A DNA stretch of 63,412 nucleotides, counting the filler, from Rhabdomonas costata (taxonomy: Eukaryota), in NCBI GenBank assembly GCA_019059605.1. It is 47 parts of 47 records of this genome, joined end to end, with 100 filler letters (N's around TTAATTAATTAA, not from the genome) between each part and the next. Parts side by side here need not be neighbours in the genome. Positions count along the whole stretch, not along the records: positions 60,813 to 62,062 come from JAHMHO010021890.1; positions 62,163 to 63,412 come from JAHMHO010021891.1; 45 more parts are not named here. One strand, given 5' to 3'. Numbering within the stretch: the first letter of the stretch is position 1; every line of letters starts with the position of its first letter. The notes under the pieces were generated by a model. That model had not been told where the DNA came from. It saw nothing but the letters and a program-made list of their open reading frames with translations, and searched no databases. Positions 60,813-63,412 of the stretch are shown here, in pieces. Made by a program: the position numbers and the translations under genes.

Positions 60813-61925
60813 AGAGCAACGACGTCTTCGCAGACCCCCTCATGCTGGAGCTCTCGTTTGAGTATGTCTTGCGTGCGTGGATATCACGACACACACGCAC
60901 ACACACTCCCTCTCTCTCTCTCTCTCCTCTCCTCTCTCTGTCTCTCTTTGGCAGGCAGCGGCTTAGCAGAAGCGGTGGGGCGACTGGGATCACCTGTCAT
61001 GCACATCACACCGTCTTTTTGTTACACCGTAGAAGCGTAGCAGTTCTCTTGAATCACTGCGCTTTTTCATGATGGAAATTTGATGTTTACCCGTCCACCG
61101 TACCCCCTTCGACTGCGCTGTTGCGCTATGGGCTTGATTATTTTGCAGTCGTGTGCTTCGGTTGAATCCGCTGCTTTGCAATGTTCCCCTCGTTCCCTCC
61201 CCTTTTCAGGGCTGACCGGCAGAAGTACAAGTTCTCGTTGGAGATTCCAGTGTCCGTCGCCAGATTTATTGAGCCAGTGAAGTGTGTCTGCCCTTCTGCT
61301 TTTGCTTCACCTTCTCGTTTCCTCCTTTCCACACTAAACCATTGATGCAGCCCCCGCGAAGGGGCTGTGTGCATTGACGCTTCCCCGGAGTTGGGCTGCG
61401 GGCAAGGAATGGCACAAGATTTTAGCTTGTACCTGAGCTGTCAAGAGTGAAAGATGCTGGCTTGGGGTTCAAGGACCAGCGCGCAGGCGTTTTCTGTGCT
61501 TCGCCACAGCGACAGGATACGCCACCAATGACATCTGCAAAGAGAAGCGATGCATATTTTTCCATAAAACGGTTTTGACTTGAGAGATAGTGAGAGAGCT
61601 TTTTTCACGCTGGGTCTTTCTCTTGCGGTGCCGACAGGGTCCAAATTTGGTGTTTCCTTACCCTCACTCATCACTTTCAGGGTCATTCATGATTCATGGG
61701 TTGCAGTTTGGCAATATGGTTTTGGGGGTATATCACCTGAACGAGCAGGAGTCAGTACACCGCCCCTCCCCCATACTGCGCCCGCAGGATGGACAGCAAC
61801 GAGAAGTTCTTCAACGCGTGGCGGAGCACGCCGTCGGCCCCTGGGATCCCGGAGAGCGTGATCTTCCGCACAATCGCGCCGCTGGACGTGGCGGCGAACC
61901 AGCAGCTCATTCAGAACGGGTTTAG
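60813..61925 (+). CDS. AP2A: AP-2 complex alpha-adaptin, C-terminal appendage region, three exons
   Basis: Exons ..60861, 61210-61281 and 61788-61925 join in phase 2: FADPLMLELSF...LEIPVSVARFIEPVKMDSNEKFFNAWR...ESVIFRTIAPLD...NGF. Confidence 0.8.
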
Positions 61926-62569
61926 GTATGCTGCACCTTTGGGTAGACATGCACACGTCTCCACTTCTCCGTTTTGGTGTTGCTTGCTTTCATTGACACA
62001 CAACATTAGTGGATCGTCCTCGGTCACCCCTCTTGGGAACGTCAGCTGCGCACCCACCCCACNNNNNNNNNNNNNNNNNNNNNNNNNNNNNNNNNNNNNN
62101 NNNNNNTTAATTAATTAANNNNNNNNNNNNNNNNNNNNNNNNNNNNNNNNNNNNNNNNNNNNGGGGGGTGTTGGGGAAGGTCTGATACCTGCAGACATTT
62201 GACAACGGACTCTCTCGAGTGCTTTTTCCGAATCGGGTTGAAAATAAACCAATTTGCAGCAAAAATGTTGCGGCATGTTGATGTCTTCGCGATAGGGTTA
62301 GGCTAAGGTTCAGGATCCGAAGTCGCACGCAGGTAGCAGGAAAAGAAGAAACCATTGTGCGTATGCGATGGGAAACATCGCACACACTAGAGTGCAAGCG
62401 GCTCCTTTTCACAGCAGAACCCGCGGTTATTCAATTCAGTTCGCCCCCAAGCCAGGTTCGTCGTTATGTGCAGTGCGAAGTGGTGGTGCCAAACCGAAGT
62501 ATGTGGGGGGCTACTCGGCAGAAGTCGACGGCGGAGGAGCTGTTGACGCCTTCATGTCTCCGCGCCACA

Positions 62570-63408
62570 GCGCTGGTCACCACTCCCGGCAGGAGGTGCC
62601 CCAGCAGCCCCAACACCCAGGCCATCGCGGTCCGCACCACGGGTCTCACCAGAATCCAACGACTCGGCGTCGCGTGGGCCGTGCGCCCCACGTGCGTCAT
62701 TGCAGGAAAAAGCGGAGAGGACCCATCCGCCTCTTAGCCCCGCCACGCGGCAAGCGCGAGGAAAGTGTCTCAGGCCAAAAACACCGCCACAACTCTTCTA
62801 ATTCGTCCCAACAAAAGCCTTCCTACCGAAGTATTCCCACCGAAACAACCTTGGTTCACGCCAAATTTATACAGTAAACCAAAGGACCTCATACCCCGAA
62901 GTTTTCCGGTTACTTCTGAATCAAGAATCCCCAAGGGTGCAAGATATTTACGAGTAGTAGCCCAAACCTTCAGCAATAGCTTTGTGCCCCAGACAGCAAT
63001 CGACACACTCCTTAAAAAAAAAGCGTGGGGATCAAAATCTTGAACCATCTTTTGATACCCCTCACTGGCAAGAACAGCACGGTCACATCATGCTGGGTGG
63101 GGAAACATGGCCAGGTTTCCAAACGATGCAAACAGCACCCCCTGCCCTCGTTTAGACTCTGGCCAACTATTTATATACTCACAGAGGGTCCCAGCCTTTG
63201 CCTCGAGGGAGGAAATGAGACAGTGGATGGACCGAAGCATCGCCAGCGCTCGAACCGGAAGATCCACCTCAGCTGTGACCTTTCCATTCATCTCTGCTTC
63301 TCCTTTGGGGGAGAGGGAGAACGCAGCCGCCGCGCTGCTCACCAGCCATGCTCCAATGGAGTGGCCGCACAGCACCAGCTTGGCTTGCGGCTGCGCTCGG
63401 TGCACCAA
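62570..63408 (-). CDS. Alpha/beta-hydrolase (GHSxG), possibly lipid-droplet hydrolase-like; partial
   Basis: Exon 63408-63343 (KLVLCGHSIGAWL|gtgag). The hydrophobic segment RWILVRPVVRTAMAWVLGLLGHLLP near 62660-62570 may belong to the same gene. Confidence 0.6.
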
Positions 63409-63412
63409 AAAC

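Noticed and set aside
1253..62162. Regularly spaced TTAATTAATTAA as a CRISPR-like or biological repeat
   Set aside because: It always sits within N-runs at a fixed period and is a scaffolding linker with stops in all six frames.
1..63412. Operon-like or clustered system formed by ART, PurA, hemerythrin, HAD and others
   Set aside because: The genes lie on separate contigs apparently ordered by length, so adjacency carries no information.
1..63412. rRNA, tRNA, spliced-leader RNA, hammerhead ribozyme or telomere arrays
   Set aside because: None recognised by eye. Isolated CTGATGA and TTAGGG hits lack the required context. A covariance-model search would be needed to exclude them.

Overview
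This window is not contiguous DNA. It is a concatenation of about 47 unrelated contigs of 1250-1252 nt, joined by 100-nt artificial spacers (N-run + TTAATTAATTAA + N-run), so gene neighbourhood across spacers means nothing. The source is an intron-rich eukaryote of roughly 50% GC with short exons and mostly GT-AG introns. An articulin-like VPV-repeat gene and an axonemal dynein point to a flagellate, most likely a euglenid (inference). Many contig ends carry G/T-only or C/A-only tails typical of primer-based whole-genome amplification. Recognisable spliced fragments: CBP20/NCBP2, AP-2 alpha-adaptin, dynein heavy chain, a divergent adenylosuccinate synthetase, a hemerythrin domain, two R-S-E-type ADP-ribosyltransferases, KCTD-type BTB, ankyrin, EF-hand, EGF-repeat, mS23-like, alpha/beta-hydrolase and HAD-motif proteins, plus several decayed transposon-like pieces. 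The best leads are (1) an apparent GA-AG intron in the conserved CBP20 gene, (2) a possibly expanded toxin-like ART family including an intronless C2H2-ART-ankyrin fusion, and (3) an intron-containing PurA that does not look like canonical eukaryotic ADSS. All homology calls come from motif recognition by eye; no searches were run.
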